Below, in pieces: positions 1 to 13,268 of a stretch of 64,000 nucleotides of DNA; positions within the stretch are counted from its first letter, which is position 1; each line of letters opens with the position of its first letter. The translations under genes were made by a program, and so were the position numbers. The stretch spans positions 289,726,001 to 289,790,000 of the forward strand of contig OZ024743.1 of NCBI GenBank assembly GCA_964016885.1, written 5' to 3'. Below the pieces are notes generated by a model, which had not been told where the DNA came from, searched no databases, and worked only from the letters and a program-made list of their open reading frames with translations. The stretch is from Eledone cirrhosa. Its lineage: Eukaryota.

Positions 1-348
1 CTTTTGTTATTGTTATTTTTAGTTTCAGTAGTGGTGGTTGTGGCTTTAGTGGTGTTCGGTGTGGAAGAGTCTATTCTGGGTGAATCCATTTCGATGTCAC
101 GAGATAATTTATTTTTTCTTTTGTTTATGTTTCATTGCGGTGGTGGTGGTGGGTGTGGCTGCTTCAACACCTGCAGTCATTGGTAATGGCGGGAAATGAA
201 TGTCTGCATGAGACAAATTTAAATTATTGCTACTGCTTATATTTTTAGTGTTGGCAAACGTAATTTTCCATAAATCGCAATTTTAAACAAACGAAAACAA
301 CAAACCTATGCGGAGCTTACGATGATACAATTTCCTACGTAGGTCGCC
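1..348 (-). mobile_element. Probable 5' end (5' UTR plus low-complexity ORF1 N-terminus) of a Tx1-like element running out of the window
   Basis: Abuts (TAA)n at 349, like the 5' end of the 13019-19031 element. The minus strand encodes T/N/K-rich low-complexity peptide (…ATPTTTTAMKHKQKEKNK…) resembling the ORF1 N-termini of the other Tx1 copies. Confidence 0.4.
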
Positions 349-384
349 AATAATAATAATGATAATAATAATAATAATAATAAT
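349..384. repeat. (TAA)n microsatellite, target/tail of flanking LINEs
   Basis: Read directly. Confidence 0.95.
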
Positions 385-3300
385 GATTTCATTTACAAAG
401 AGGAGGCTAGCCCAAAGTGTAGGATCTGTGGAGAGAGAGAGAGGAGACATGTAGGGGACAATACAAAGACAGGGACAGTGGGGGTTTACAATAAGGTCGA
501 GTAAAAGTGCACAATGGCAAGACTAATTTAACAATGAAAATATAAAAATATAAAATAAACTATGCATAAATATAACAAAATAAATTTCCATATAGGGGGT
601 GGACGACCCTGGGGTGACTCGGGTGCCCCAGCAATCCTGAACCACCCTGCGCTTCTAGGGCACCCAGGGAGAGCACCCCTCTCCTCAAGTTAGCTAGCCT
701 ATAGGCGCATGGTCAGAGTAGGCCCATTCACACGAGCCATTCTCGCCACATTCACCCACCTTTTAGCAAATGTACTGGGGGGCAACACTTCTCGCTCCAC
801 CCTCACCTTCCTTTCCAGGTGAAACTTGAAGAAGTTGATGAGGGATTGGCCGAAGAGAAAAGTGTCTGTCTTCAGTCCTTTTAACCTGGTCCACCATATA
901 ACCTCTTTCGCGACTGCCACATAGACAGAGGAAAATTTCCTGCTCTTCTTGACCTAAGGAAGGCGGTGGATCAATCTTCACTATGGACTCGGCCGATAGC
1001 CGGATTCGTTCCACACGCGACAGTAGCTGTTCGACATAACTCCACAAGTCAGTAAGTCACGGACATTGGATAAGTGCGTGCAGAACGGTTTCGTCGTTCT
1101 GTGCGCATCTTCGGCAGGTCCGTCTGACATCACTTCCGTGCCTGTAGAGTTTATCCCGAACCGGCAGTGCCCCCCGGTAGCACTGCCAAGCGAGGGATTT
1201 CTGGAAATTGTCCATTGTCCTCGGCTCAAAAGTCCTCCGGTACAGACTGGTCAATTCGACTTCGTCGAGGCCCAAAGCTTCTCCGAGTGCGTCATCGTAC
1301 TTGCTCACCACTAATCCTCTATAGAACTCGAGAGTGGAAGTTCCACTGATCGCATTGCCTGCTTGGTAGAGAGCAGTGAGTGCCTGGCAACTTTCCAGGT
1401 GCCAGTCACCCAATCTCGGTCTCTTCTTGACCCAGGACAGCAGCTCAGTTAAAGAAATGAGCTGCGGAAAGGCCCGTCTGATAAACGGCGACCACATCTG
1501 TTCACCGTTGAGGCAGAATATCTGGAGATGTCGCAGCCTCAACGCATGTCTGCCACGGCATGCCAAGCCCTCCGCGTAGAGGGTGCTGGCAGCAGATGGA
1601 CCGCCTCACAAACGGAACTTGTCCTCTCCACAAGAATTTGAAGAGGAGCCGTTCCAACTTGACGAGGCGCGGACGGGTGCAAGGCACGACGATCAGGCGG
1701 TAGTAGATGACGGACGCGATGTACGCATTCGCCACCTCCGCGCGACCTTTCATTGATAGCTTCCTCCCAGTTCATTTTTGGGTGAGACTGGCTACTCTGC
1801 TCGTTACTTCGTCCCAATTCTTTTCCACCTGGAGGTCTGGTCCGAACCAAACCCCGAGCAACTTTATCGGTCCGTCCGTCCAGCGCCCCACGACGCTGTT
1901 GGACGGCATAGGCTTACCTCTCCAGGTTCCGAGCTGCAAGCCCACCGACATTTCCGGGTTAAGTTTGGCTCCTGTCAACCTTTCATATTCCTTCAATAAG
2001 GTGCTGACCACCTCGATTTCTGAGGTGTTCGACACCATCACGGTGATGTCGTCCGCATAAGCCGACACCGCCTTTCCACGTCCCGGTTCGAGCGGGATGC
2101 CCTGAAACAGCTCCAGATTCCGCAGTAAAGGCTCGAGAGTCAATACGTACAGAAGGGAAGAGAGAGGGAACCCTTGACGGACCGATCGGGAGAGCCGAAA
2201 TGGTTCCGAGAGGTGGCCATTAACCTTGACCATCGAGCGTGTGCCGCTGTGCATTGCAGCGATCCAGCTTCTGAAGACAGGGCCGAAGCCAGCTGCTTTG
2301 AGGACAAACTTCAGATACCGATGGTCGACCCTATCGAATGCTTTCGAGTGATCTAAATTGATCAGTTCCACACCGAAGCCAGCTTTCCACCCTACCCTCT
2401 CTATTATGTATCGCATGAGGTGGAGATTGTCGTGTATGGAACTTGCTGGGATTGCGCAAGTTTGCGCCTCCCCAACCAAATCCTCTACGACAAGCGCCAA
2501 TCTCTTTACTAACACCCTGGCCAAAATCTTAAACTCTGTGTTGAGACAGAGTTATGGGCCTGAACTTGTCTAATGTATCCCTCTTGTTCTCGTCGTCCTT
2601 ATCAGCGTCACCACTCCCCTGCTCACAGAACTGGGAATACTCCCATTTTGCTGCCAGTTGCAGTAAAGTGCTTCGAGGAGTTCGGAGAACAAGTCTGGCA
2701 TATTTACGTAAAGCTCGTAGGGCAGGCCATCCAAACCGGGTGACTTGCGCCTTATGCAGCCGACAAGGGCGTCCTGAATTTCGGCAGAAGTAATCGGCCT
2801 TTCTCAGCGCTCAGCGTCGACCGTCGAGATGCGCAGCAAGCCGTCAAGATAGGGACTGAAATCCGCTCCTCTCTCTGACTCGCCACTCTCCCCGAACAAC
2901 CGAGCAAAGTGCTGGCGAAAGGCCTCACACATCCGCTTGGAATCGCTTATCTCGTGTCCGTCTCGGTCCAACAAAGACCGAATTGTGGTTTTATTACCAC
3001 GCTGCGCTTCCGCCACGCGGGCCCATCGAACAGCTTTGGTTCCCTCGTTTCTCAGCGCAGGCGCCTTAGCTCTGACAGTGCAGCCTTCGTGTTTCGTATG
3101 GAAGAAATGGTATAATGCCATTCTCGCCGCTAGCACGTCAGTTGCAATGCCACTACAAATAGCCTAGTCTAATTTATCTACCAGCCCCCCATCCTTTCTA
3201 TTTTTCTCTAACGCTAGTTCTTAGCTGAACTCTAACGAAGTTACTCTAATCTCTCTTTTGAGAGCCCCCACCATCTGTTATTGATGATCTCCCCTGTCAA

Positions 3301-4430
3301 CTTCTGCTTAACTAAATTGATGACTCGGTCCCTGTAAGCCTTACGTGCCGGAAACGACATGTTAAGCTTCCAGTAACCCGGTCCTAACCTACGCGTTTTA
3401 TCCAGGTCGACCGTACAGATCACAAATTTTTGATCTGAATAGGCGACCATTTTTAAAAGTGGGCAGCCCACACTATTTCTATCTATTTTCCTAATGAAGA
3501 TCCTGTCTATATACGATCTAGATGACCCCATTCGGTTGGTCCATGTCCACATTGGAACATTGGGGAAATCTAGTCGATACCTGTCAGACAGTTGGAACTG
3601 GCTGAGTAGGTGCTTGAGGCTTTTGCACCCCCCGCTCCTATCGGCTACTCCCACACAATCCCAGCGTGCGTCTAAGATGCCATTCCAGTCCCCCGCTAAC
3701 AGTAAAGAGTGAGACGTACACAGAAAGGTCTCCAGGCGCCTAAAGAAGTCCGGTCGTCCGGCTCCTGTAGGGGCGTAGACGGCCAGCAGTATAAAGGCAC
3801 CACCTTCGCTACTGCTCACATCCAAGACCACCAACTTACCATCCGGGTCCCGGAAGATCGACCTTACCTCGAGATCCATTCCTTTCCTAAACAGCACTGC
3901 CACCCCACCCCCCATTCCCGGTCTGCTAACAGATGCGAAGATCTGATAGTCGTCGAAATTGGGGGCTAGTGCGCGCGTTTCGGAAATTCTGGTCTCGCTG
4001 ACGGCAATCACATCCATTTCCAGCGACCTGAGTTCGTTGAGCAGGCGACCCTGCTTCCAGGGTGACCCCAGGCCGCGAACATTTAAACTTCCTACTCTTA
4101 ATATGGCCATATTGGTAAGCTAAGAGAGATAGGTAAGGTTTACTTACCTCCCGGGGTCTTGTGAAGGTTGGGTTGTTCGACCTCCATGGTTGGTGGGGTT
4201 TATTTTGGGAACCCCTTTAAAAGTCTTGTGTGGGTTTCATATTCGGGGTTCCCACGTCTTGAGGAAAGCTCTCTCGAATTTCTTTGAAGGAATTGAGTGA
4301 CATTCGGACCAGAAGCAAATCTTCTGGCACGCAAAATGTGCTCATTTCAAAAATCTCCCCCTCTGTTTGAATGTACTCGCTTCGTGCTAAGATAGCCATC
4401 AGTTTATCGTTGGCCCTTCTGACAAGCACA
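385..4430 (-). mobile_element. Tx1/L1-clade non-LTR retrotransposon, 5'-truncated within the ORF1 C-terminus, degenerate
   Basis: APE endonuclease (SLNVRGL, SETR, VYAP, GDWN, IDRI), RT (DHSKAFDRV, RQGFPLS, YADD) and C-terminal CxxC…HxxxxC. The 4217-4429 peptide matches the ORF1 C-terminus of the 16723-18818 ORF1. Confidence 0.92.
699..4110 (-). pseudogene. Tx1 ORF2 (APE endonuclease, reverse transcriptase, Zn finger), broken by several frameshifts and stops
   Basis: ORF pieces 3241-4110, 2804-3136, 1772-2524, 1502-1753, 1057-1566 and 699-920 are collinear with the 13269-16688 ORF2. Confidence 0.92.
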
Positions 4431-4486
4431 ATGATCTGAATGCTGAGATAAATAATACCTGGAACTGAGATACGGCCACTGAGGAG

Positions 4487-6632
4487 ATGAATGCTGACGG
4501 GCTAGGACAAGATTTGGTTGATAACCTAAACTTAGTGGTAGATGAATTGAACAATGATAGTGGGAAACCTATGAACCTAAGATTTGTAGACAGGAAAAAG
4601 TTAAAAGAAACAACAGCTAAGGTAAACAAAGTCATCACATACCTTGAGGCGAGGAGCCTTCACCAGTGCAACAATATCCTCAAAGCAACAGCAAATACGG
4701 TGAGGAAACTACTTGGTATAAGAGAGAGAGGAAACAACAAACAAGAAAGATCAGAGCCTTGGTGGAAGAAACGACTGAGTGGTCAAATCAGGGAAATGAG
4801 AAATGACATTGGAAAGCTTGTGTCCTTACTGAATGGGACACTAAAAAACATAGACACTAAAAATAGAATGGAAATAAAGTACAAAACTAGGAGGAAAAAG
4901 CTAAATATTATCATAGAGGAACTGAAGCAACGCATTGTAGCAAAGAGTGCAAAAATCAGGTGATACGAGAACAGAGTCAGTCAGTATAGACAGAACCGCA
5001 TGTTCGACAACAACCAGAAGATGCTGTTTGGACAGCTTGAAGGGAAAGAAAGAGGCAACGACTTGATTCCTGAGGCGGAACAACCTAAAACATTCTGGAG
5101 AGGAATATGGGAGCAGGATATTAAACATAATGACCAGGCAGTGTGGATTGAGACAGTACAGAAGGAGATTAGTGAACAGGCACACCAACAAACTGATTTG
5201 AGTATCACGGTTGAAACTCTTAAGGGGCAGGCCAAAAAACTAACCAACTTGAAATCACCCGGCCCAGATGGCGCGCAGGGGTATTGGATTAAAAATATAA
5301 CATCCCTCCACCCGAAACTGACAACCATGTTCAACGCCTGCTTGATGTCAGGTGAGGTACCAGAGTGGTTGACAAAAGGTACCACAGTTCTGATAATGAA
5401 AGACCGAATCAAGGATAATGATGTTACCAACTATAGACCTATCACATGTCTGTCCGTAATGTGGAAACTGTTGACAAGCATTATGTCTGACGAAATCTAC
5501 CATCACCTCCACACAAACTAATTGTTACCGGACGAACAGAAAGGATGCCGAAAGAAGTCACGTGGTACAAAGGACCAGTTATTTATTGATAAGATGGTAA
5601 TGAGGAATTGCAAGAGGAGACACACTGGTCTTGCCATGGGATGGATAGACTACAAAAAGGCATTTGACATGGTGCATCATTCTTGGATCACCAAAAGCCT
5701 GGAGTTCTTCAAGGTGGCAGATAACATCAGACAGTTGTTGGGCAAAAGTATGAAGTTCTGGGAAACAGAGTTAACATCAACTGGAGAATCCTTGGGAAGC
5801 GCGAAGATCAAGAGAGGTATCTTCCAGGGAGATAGTCTGTCCCCTCTGTTGTTTGTCCTTGCCCTGATGCCCCTGACCAGTGTACTGCTAAAAGTGAGAG
5901 CAGGATACAGGTTGGGAAAGGGAGGGCTTACCATCAATCACCTCCTCTTCATGGACGATCTTAAGCTCTTCGAGAAGAGTGAGGAGGAGTTGGATGTGCT
6001 TGTTGACACTGTCCGTATTTTCAGCAATGATATATGTATGCAATTTGGTATTAGTAAGTGTGGAGTCATTGTGATGAAGAGGGGTAAGTTGAGCAGAAGT
6101 AACGGAATCCAGGTACCAACAGGTGAGATGATAAAGGAAATTGACTCTGAAAAAGAATACAAGTATTTGGGTGTTCTGGAGGCTGATGACATCAAGAATA
6201 AAAAAAATGAAGGAATTGATAAGAACTGAATACATTCGGAGAGTAAGGAGCGTATTAAAGTCACATCTGAACAGTAGGAATGCCATAAGTGCAGTAAATT
6301 CCCGTGCTGTGTCTATTATTAGGTACAGTGCGAGAATTCTGAGATGGAATGTTGCTGAACAAAAAGAAATGGATAGGAAGACTAGGAAGCTGTTGACCAT
6401 CTACAATATGTTCCACAAGAGGAGTGATGTCGATAGACTCTACTTAAGGAGATCTGAAGGTGGAAGAGGTCTTATCAGCATAGAGGACTGTGTTCAGATG
6501 GAGAAAAACAACCTACACAAATACGTGACTGATAGTAAGGAGCCAATGCTCAGAACTGTACTGAGGGAGGGGACAATAGACCAGGGGATGTCCAAGGAGG
6601 AAAAAATATCAAGGAGAAAGAGCAGCCTTCAG
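4487..6632 (+). pseudogene. R4/Dong-like reverse transcriptase ORF, disrupted
   Basis: Pieces 4487-4963, 5000-5521, 5522-6229 and 6141-6632, with in-frame stops and a frameshift at the A-run near 6200. Confidence 0.9.
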
Positions 6633-7188
6633 GAATATCTGAGGCTGCAGTTAGTGGCTTGATATTCATTTCAACAAACTTTCCAGTTAACTAACATCAA
6701 TGACTGAGACTCAAAGAATAATAATCCCGATTGTCATAGGCGCACTAGGTACTATCTCAAAAAGTTTCCAGGGATGGTTAAAGAAAATTGGCCCCGCCAC
6801 GCTTTTTGGAACGCTTCAAAGAAAAAAGATCGTGCCTGATTTTGGATGTGGCCTGCCCATTCGACACGAGAGTGCAAGAGAAGGAGAGAAAGAACATTAA
6901 CCGATACCAGATCTTAAAGTGGGAGGTAAAAAGGATTTGGAACTGCCATGAAGTCAAAGTGGTCTCAATTGTCAGTGGCGGACTAGGTAGTATCTCAAAG
7001 AGTTTCCAGGGATGGTTAAAGAAAATTGGTCCCGCCTCGCTTTTTGGAACACTTCAAAAGGTATGCTTGCTGGGAACATCAAGAACCCTCCGATACGTCC
7101 TGAATATCTGAGGCTGCAGTTAGTGGCTTGATATTCATTTCAACAAACTTTCCAGTTAACTAACATCAATGACTGAGACTCAAAGAAC

Positions 7189-7246
<58 letters not shown>
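7189..7246. repeat. (TAA)n tail
   Basis: Directly follows a Dong-like 3' UTR copy. Confidence 0.95.
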
Positions 7247-7248
<2 letters not shown>

Positions 7249-7772
7249 CTACACAAATACCTGACTGATTGTTGGGAGCCAATGCTCAGAATTGTACTGA
7301 AGGAGAGGACAATAGACCAGGGGATGTCCAAGAAGGAAATAACAACAAGGAGGAAGAGCAACCTTCATGAAAAATCCCTTCATAGTACCTTCTTTGAGAA
7401 AACTGAATTTAGAGACCCACAGACATGGAACTGGTTGAAAAGAGGAGACCTTAAAAAGGTTACAGAAGGAACACTAATGGCTGCGCAAGAGCAGGCCCTC
7501 AAAACGAAGTGACTGAAACACCATATTTACAAGGAGGAGGCTAGCCCACTGTGTAGGATCAGTGGAGAGACTGAGGGGCTGTGGCTCACATTGTATCCGA
7601 GTATAAACACCTAGCCCAGACTCACTATAAAGGCTGGAGACATGATGTGATGGGCAGGGTGATCCACTTGCACCTATGCAATGTAAACAATTAACCACAT
7701 TATGAGAAGTGGTATGAGCATAAGCCAGAGTCGTTGATAGAAAACGATCAGGTGAAGGTGCTTTGAGATTTT

Positions 7773-8123
7773 ATGATACAGACGGACAAGAAACTGGAAC
7801 ACAAAAGACCTGACCTGGTGGTTTTGGACAAGGAAAAAAGATCGTGCCTGATTGTGGATGTAGCCTGCCCATTCGACACAAGAGTGCAAGAGAAGGAGAG
7901 GGAGAAAATTAACCGATACCAGGACTTAAAGTGGGAGGTAAAAAGGATTTGGAACTGCCATGAAGTCAAAGTGGTCTCAATTGTCAGTGGCGGACTAGGT
8001 AGTATCTCAAAGAGTTTCCAGGGATGGTTAAAGAAAATTGGTCCCGCCCCGCTTTTTGGAACACTTCAAAAGGCATGCTTGCTGGGAACAGCAAGAACCC
8101 TCCGATACGTCCTGAATATCTGA
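7773..8123 (+). pseudogene. Restriction-like endonuclease domain (PD-(D/E)xK) of the Dong-like element
   Basis: KRPDLVVLDKEKRSCLIVDVACPFD…EKINRYQDL; further partial copies at about 6720-7111 and 8200-8354. Confidence 0.88.
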
Positions 8124-8431
8124 GGCTGCAGTTAGTGGCTTGATATTCATTTCAACAAACTTTCCAGTTGACTAACATCAATGACTGAGACTCAAAGAAT
8201 AATAATCCCGATTGTCATAGGAGCACTAGGTACTATCTCAAAAAGTTTCCAGGGATGGTTAAAGAAAATTGGCCCCGCCACGCTTTTTGGAGCGCTTCAA
8301 AAGGCATGCTTGCTGGGAACAGCAAGAACCCTCCGATACTTCCTGAATATCTGAGGCTGCAGGTAGTGGCTTGATATTCATTTCAACAAACTTTCCAGTT
8401 AACTAACATCAATGATTGAGACTCAAAGAAC

Positions 8432-8496
<65 letters not shown>
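8432..8496. repeat. (TAA)n tail
   Basis: Directly follows the last Dong-like 3' UTR copy. Confidence 0.95.
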
Positions 8497-9004
8497 GGTG
8501 GTAGAATGTCATGAAATCGCTCCCGTAAGTTTTTGATTTTTAACATATTCAAATCAATTGTGAAATAACAATTCTTAGTACAAATGTTGCATAATCCACC
8601 GAATGAAGTCCCATAAAATTTCGGATCCATATTATGTTGTTATATCGCTCAAATATTCAATTTTGTATTATATATTTTGTATTCAAAAAAAGAAAATGGT
8701 TATAAATGGAAGAATACACCCTCTGTCTACACTATATAGAACAGCCAAATAACAGCAATTTCACCAACACCAGAAAGTTGATACACCACCTATCCCATCA
8801 CACTAAATATAACAGCCAGATAACGGCAAGTTCACCACCACCACCATCGACATAGCCAACAACAATAACAGGCAACTACAGCAGAAAGTATATTATATTA
8901 TTGTAATGCACTGGGTGATTGCTGGCCTTGTGCCTGAAGTGGAGACAATTATTAATAATTTCATTCTTAAGCCACGCAATGCTCACATTAAGGAACCACT
9001 CATG

Positions 9005-12000
9005 ATAATAACAATTTAAAAAAAACAACAAAAAGAAAACGCCGTGACCAAGAAATACCGGGATAGCGGCCGGCGGGGAATAGCCGTGTCTCTAGGGGAG
9101 AACGACCCCTCTAGTCTTGGTTGACACTCGTTCTAGAAGTGGTAACACGAAATGATTACCCCTTGGCGGATAAGGATAAAACGCGACAAAATAAAGTAAA
9201 TGTCTAATGATAAAATCTCATACCGGATCGGCCGTCACCCGGGTAAAAAAGGGCCACGTCCCTCAGAGAGGAACCAGACTGGGGTCGAAAAATCAGCTAA
9301 TGGTTCAAACCTTCCCATCACTTCGGAGCTGGAGACCTCCCATAACCGGAATACTCCTGCTGTTAGCCCTACATGTTCACCAGCAAGAAATCCAAAGAAA
9401 AAGAGAGAAAAATGGTCAAGGGAAGATAATAAAGAAGTCCTTGAGGCTTTCTACACTGCTATGTACTACCCATCAAATACATCGAATACAGAACAGACAT
9501 ATATCAACTGGAAAAAGAAACATCCCGAAAACAGAGGCTATATTGACAGTAACAAACTAGCCAATATACGAAGAAATATTGTAAGAAAAAAGTTACTAAC
9601 TGATATAGAAATTGATCAGATCAAGCTATTAGCACAAAGTCAGCGAAGGGAAAATGAAACATGTGTCAGTGAAAACGAGGTAAACTGTAACACTTCGAAC
9701 CCCAGGGTTGGGGCAGAATCACTGGCAACAGAACAAATTAAAGAAAGGATCGAAAAAGTGGAGGGAGTGCATGCTCAGGATGAAACTCCAAATGAAAATA
9801 ATGAGATCGTAAATGATAAAGAAATGAATGAGAATGAACTTGCCAACTTGAAGGATGAAATTATGATCGAATGGATGAAAATGAAAGAATCTGACATGGG
9901 GCAACGAGACACCCTCCCTAAGATCCAGAACTCCAAACAGAACCAAAAGATAATACACAAGACTAACATAATTCTCAAAAACATTATCATCACAAAGAAA
10001 CTAAACATTACTAATTTAAATCATCTCTATTATGCATCGGCTAAAGTCACCACTCACTTATGTGGAGTGAAGATGAAAAAACAAAGGAATTCCCAGAAGA
10101 AATCTATTTGGCAACAGAACATCAATCACCAAATAAACCTTCTCCGATCTGACATATAAATTTTAACAAACTATAAAGTAGGTGAACATTTTAAACAAAC
10201 TAAACTTAGAAAATTGAAAAAAAAGTGCAGTATAAAATCAACATGTGACATAGACATGCTGATAGAAATAATCAAGCAAAAGTGTCGGCCAAAGCTGCTC
10301 GTATAAGGCGCTTTGAAAAACGATCTAGATTCTATAAGGACAATAATATGTTCAAAAACAACCAAAGAAACTTCTACAGAAAAATTGGTAAGTCAACAAT
10401 AACTGCTAAATCAATACCACCCAAGGAGGAAGTGCAAGAATTCTGGGAAAAGATCTGGGCCGAAGAAAAAGTTCATAACATACATGCCCCATGGATAGAC
10501 AGACAAATGAAAGATACAGCTCACCTTGAGGAACAAATATGGGAAAATATAACAGTTGAAAAGTTGCGCTTGGCTCTAAGAAAAACCAGCAAATGGAAAT
10601 CCCCAGGAAAAGACAAAATACAAAACTTTTGGATAAATGCCTTCACAGAGTCTCATGAGCTGTTAGACCAACTTTACAATGAAATAGTTAAGGAGCCAGA
10701 AAAGATACCATCATGGCTAGTTAACGGCATTACATTCCTGCTTCCGAAGAATGATGAGACAAACAATCCCAAAAATTACAGACCGATAACTTGTTTGACC
10801 ACAATGTATAAAATTTTAACATCAGTCCTAACTGAATAGACATATGACCACCTGATAACAAATGACCTATTTCCCATTGAGCAGAAAGGGCGTAAACGAG
10901 GCTCATATGGCTGTAAGGATCAGCTTCTGGTTAACAAAATGATACTGGAAGATTGTCATAATAGACACAAAAATCTATCGATTGCTTGGATAGATTATAA
11001 AAAAGCATTCGATAGTTTGCCACACAGTTGGATTGAAAAAAGGTTTAGAGATTTTCAAAATATCCCCCGTTGTCAGGAGGCTTTTGCCATTCAGTATGAA
11101 GACATGGAAAACGACACTCCTTTTGAATAGTGAAACAAAATCACTGGAAGCTGGAGAAGTTAATATTAATTGTGGAATTTTTCAGGGTGACTCTTTATCA
11201 CCGCTTTTATTCTGCATCGCACTTATACCATTAAGTAAAATGCTCAATGAAACAAAACATTGATATAAAGTCTATGACAACACCATTAATCAATTGTTCT
11301 ACATGGATGACCTGAAACTATTTGCAAAAAATGATGAACAATTGCAAGGGCTATTACCCACTGTGGAGCAGTTCAGTGATGACATTAAAATGGAGTTTCA
11401 ACTAGATAAATGCGCCAAAGCAACGTTCACCAGAGGAAAGCTGCTGAAAAGTTCAGACATTAATCTTGATCGGGGGAATGTGATAAGAGAACTTGATCAA
11501 GAGGAAACTTACAAATATCTAGGTGTTTGTGAAGGAGACGGACTCAAGCATTCGACAATGAGGGAAAGGATAAGGAAGGAGTGTTACTGCAGAGTAAGAG
11601 CAATCTTAAGAACCGAATTGAATGCAAGGAATAGGATCGATGCCATAAACACGTTTGCCATACAGGTAGTAACCTACAGTTACAACGTCATCATCTGGTC
11701 AAGCAGCGAGATCCGTAGGCTCGATACAAAAATTAGAAAATTCTTAACCATGCACAGAATGCATCACCCTAAGGCAGAATGTACTCCCTAGGAAAGAAGG
11801 AGGACGTGGGTTAATCCAGTTAGATATTGCGTTGAAAACTGCAACAATTGGATTATCTACATATCTAAGGGAATTACATGATTGGATGATCAAACTCGTT
11901 TTGAAACATGAAAGCATCAAAAGATCATACTCCATTACAAAAGATGCACGAAGATACAATAATGGACTACAAATTTCAGAAGTTCCATTTACTGCTGAAA

Positions 12001-12983
12001 TGAAAAACACAGAAAAAGCGAAGCAGGTAAAAGTAACTACAAAGGAAGAACTGCTACAGAAACTGGCTAAGAAATGGCAAGAAAAGCCTCTGTATCGAAA
12101 ATACCCAGAAAGAGCTAACAATCCTGATGTTGACAAAACTTTAACCCATCAGTGGTTGGCATCCTCTGGACTGAAATCGGAGACTGAAGGACTAATTATA
12201 TTTGCACAAGATCAGTGTCTGCTAACAAAAAATTACCAAACCAACATAATAAAAAATGGATGCAACCCATTATGCCGTGTATGTAAAAAACAACCATAGA
12301 CCATTGATCGTATAATTTCAATGTGCAGTCCTATAGCGCCAACCGAATACCTAAACAGGCACGACAGAGCTGCACAATACATACATTGGATAATGTGTAA
12401 GCATTTTGACCTTCCCCATCAAAAGAATTGGTGGGAGCATCAACCACCCCCCGTACTTGAAAAAGATCACATCTCAATCTTGTGGAACTTTAGCTTCCAA
12501 ACAGATCGAAAAATAGATGCAAATAGACCTAATATAATACTGAAGGACTTTAAAAAGAGGGTATGCCTGCTAATTGATATGTCAGTTCCAATAGACAAGA
12601 ATGTATCTATATAAACATTTGAAAAACTGAGCAAGTATAAGGACCTGGAGATAGAAATTTGAAAAATGTGGAAATTGAGAACTAATACAATACCAGTGGT
12701 TGTAGGCGCTCTAGGAATGATACTTAAGGGGTCTAAAGATTACTTATCGCAAATCCCAGGAAACCCGCGTGTAGGAGAAATAGAAAAGATAGTACTAATG
12801 GGAACTGCCCATATACTAAGGAAGATTCTGTCAATATAAGTATATCACAAGTCTAAACACCTAAAGATGCAATGTGTGTGTATGTATGTTCTTTCTTGAA
12901 CATGCGGACCTTGTTGTCTCTTGAGGTCACTGGTTGTGACTTGGTGATAACTCGTATAAACATAAAGCAAGATAAATGCAACT

Positions 12984-12984
<1 letters not shown>
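9005..12984 (+). mobile_element. Second R4/Dong-like family, apparently full length but degenerate
   Basis: N-terminal KWSREDN…LANIRRNI domain, RT (KSPGKDKI, YRPITCL, FQGDSLSP, FYMDD), CCHC (CRVC…), RLE (NRPNIIL…LIDMSVP…VVVGALG), 3' UTR ending in (TAA)n at 12985. The 5' boundary is approximate. Confidence 0.9.
9200..12839 (+). pseudogene. Single long ORF (RT plus RLE) of Dong-like family 2, with multiple stops and frameshifts
   Basis: Collinear pieces 9200-10159, 10282-10839, 10939-11263, 11294-11791, 11832-12299 and 12321-12614; ends …GTAHILRKILSI*. Confidence 0.88.

Positions 12985-13018
<34 letters not shown>
12985..13018. repeat. (TAA)n shared tail-to-tail by the Dong (+) and Tx1 (-) elements
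   Basis: Read directly. Confidence 0.95.
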
Positions 13019-13020
<2 letters not shown>

Positions 13021-13268
13021 TTTCTTTATTAACCACAAGGGTTTACATAAAGTAGACATTAAGGACAGTGCAGGACAATGCAGGACGGTACAAATGGGCA
13101 TTTCTGCGTGTAAAAAACAAAAACAGAGGATGTAACAAAAAATAACAATGAAAAATTCCCCAATAGGGGGGAGACTTCGGAGGGACATTTGTGGAGAAAG
13201 CCCAGTAAAAAGCCACAATGACCCTGACCACCAAGGCAAGTGCCCTCTCCCAGTTTTCCACCTTTAAT

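Larger units (their letters stand above)
4431..8431 (+). mobile_element. R4/Dong-like RLE non-LTR retrotransposon, 5'-truncated, with tandem re-insertions of its 3' end
   Basis: RT motifs KSPGPDG, NYRPITCL, EQKGC, WIDYKKAFD, GIFQGDSLSP, HLLFMDD, YKYLG; RLE motif KRPDLVV…IVDVACP…EKINRY; ends in (TAA)n. Confidence 0.9.
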
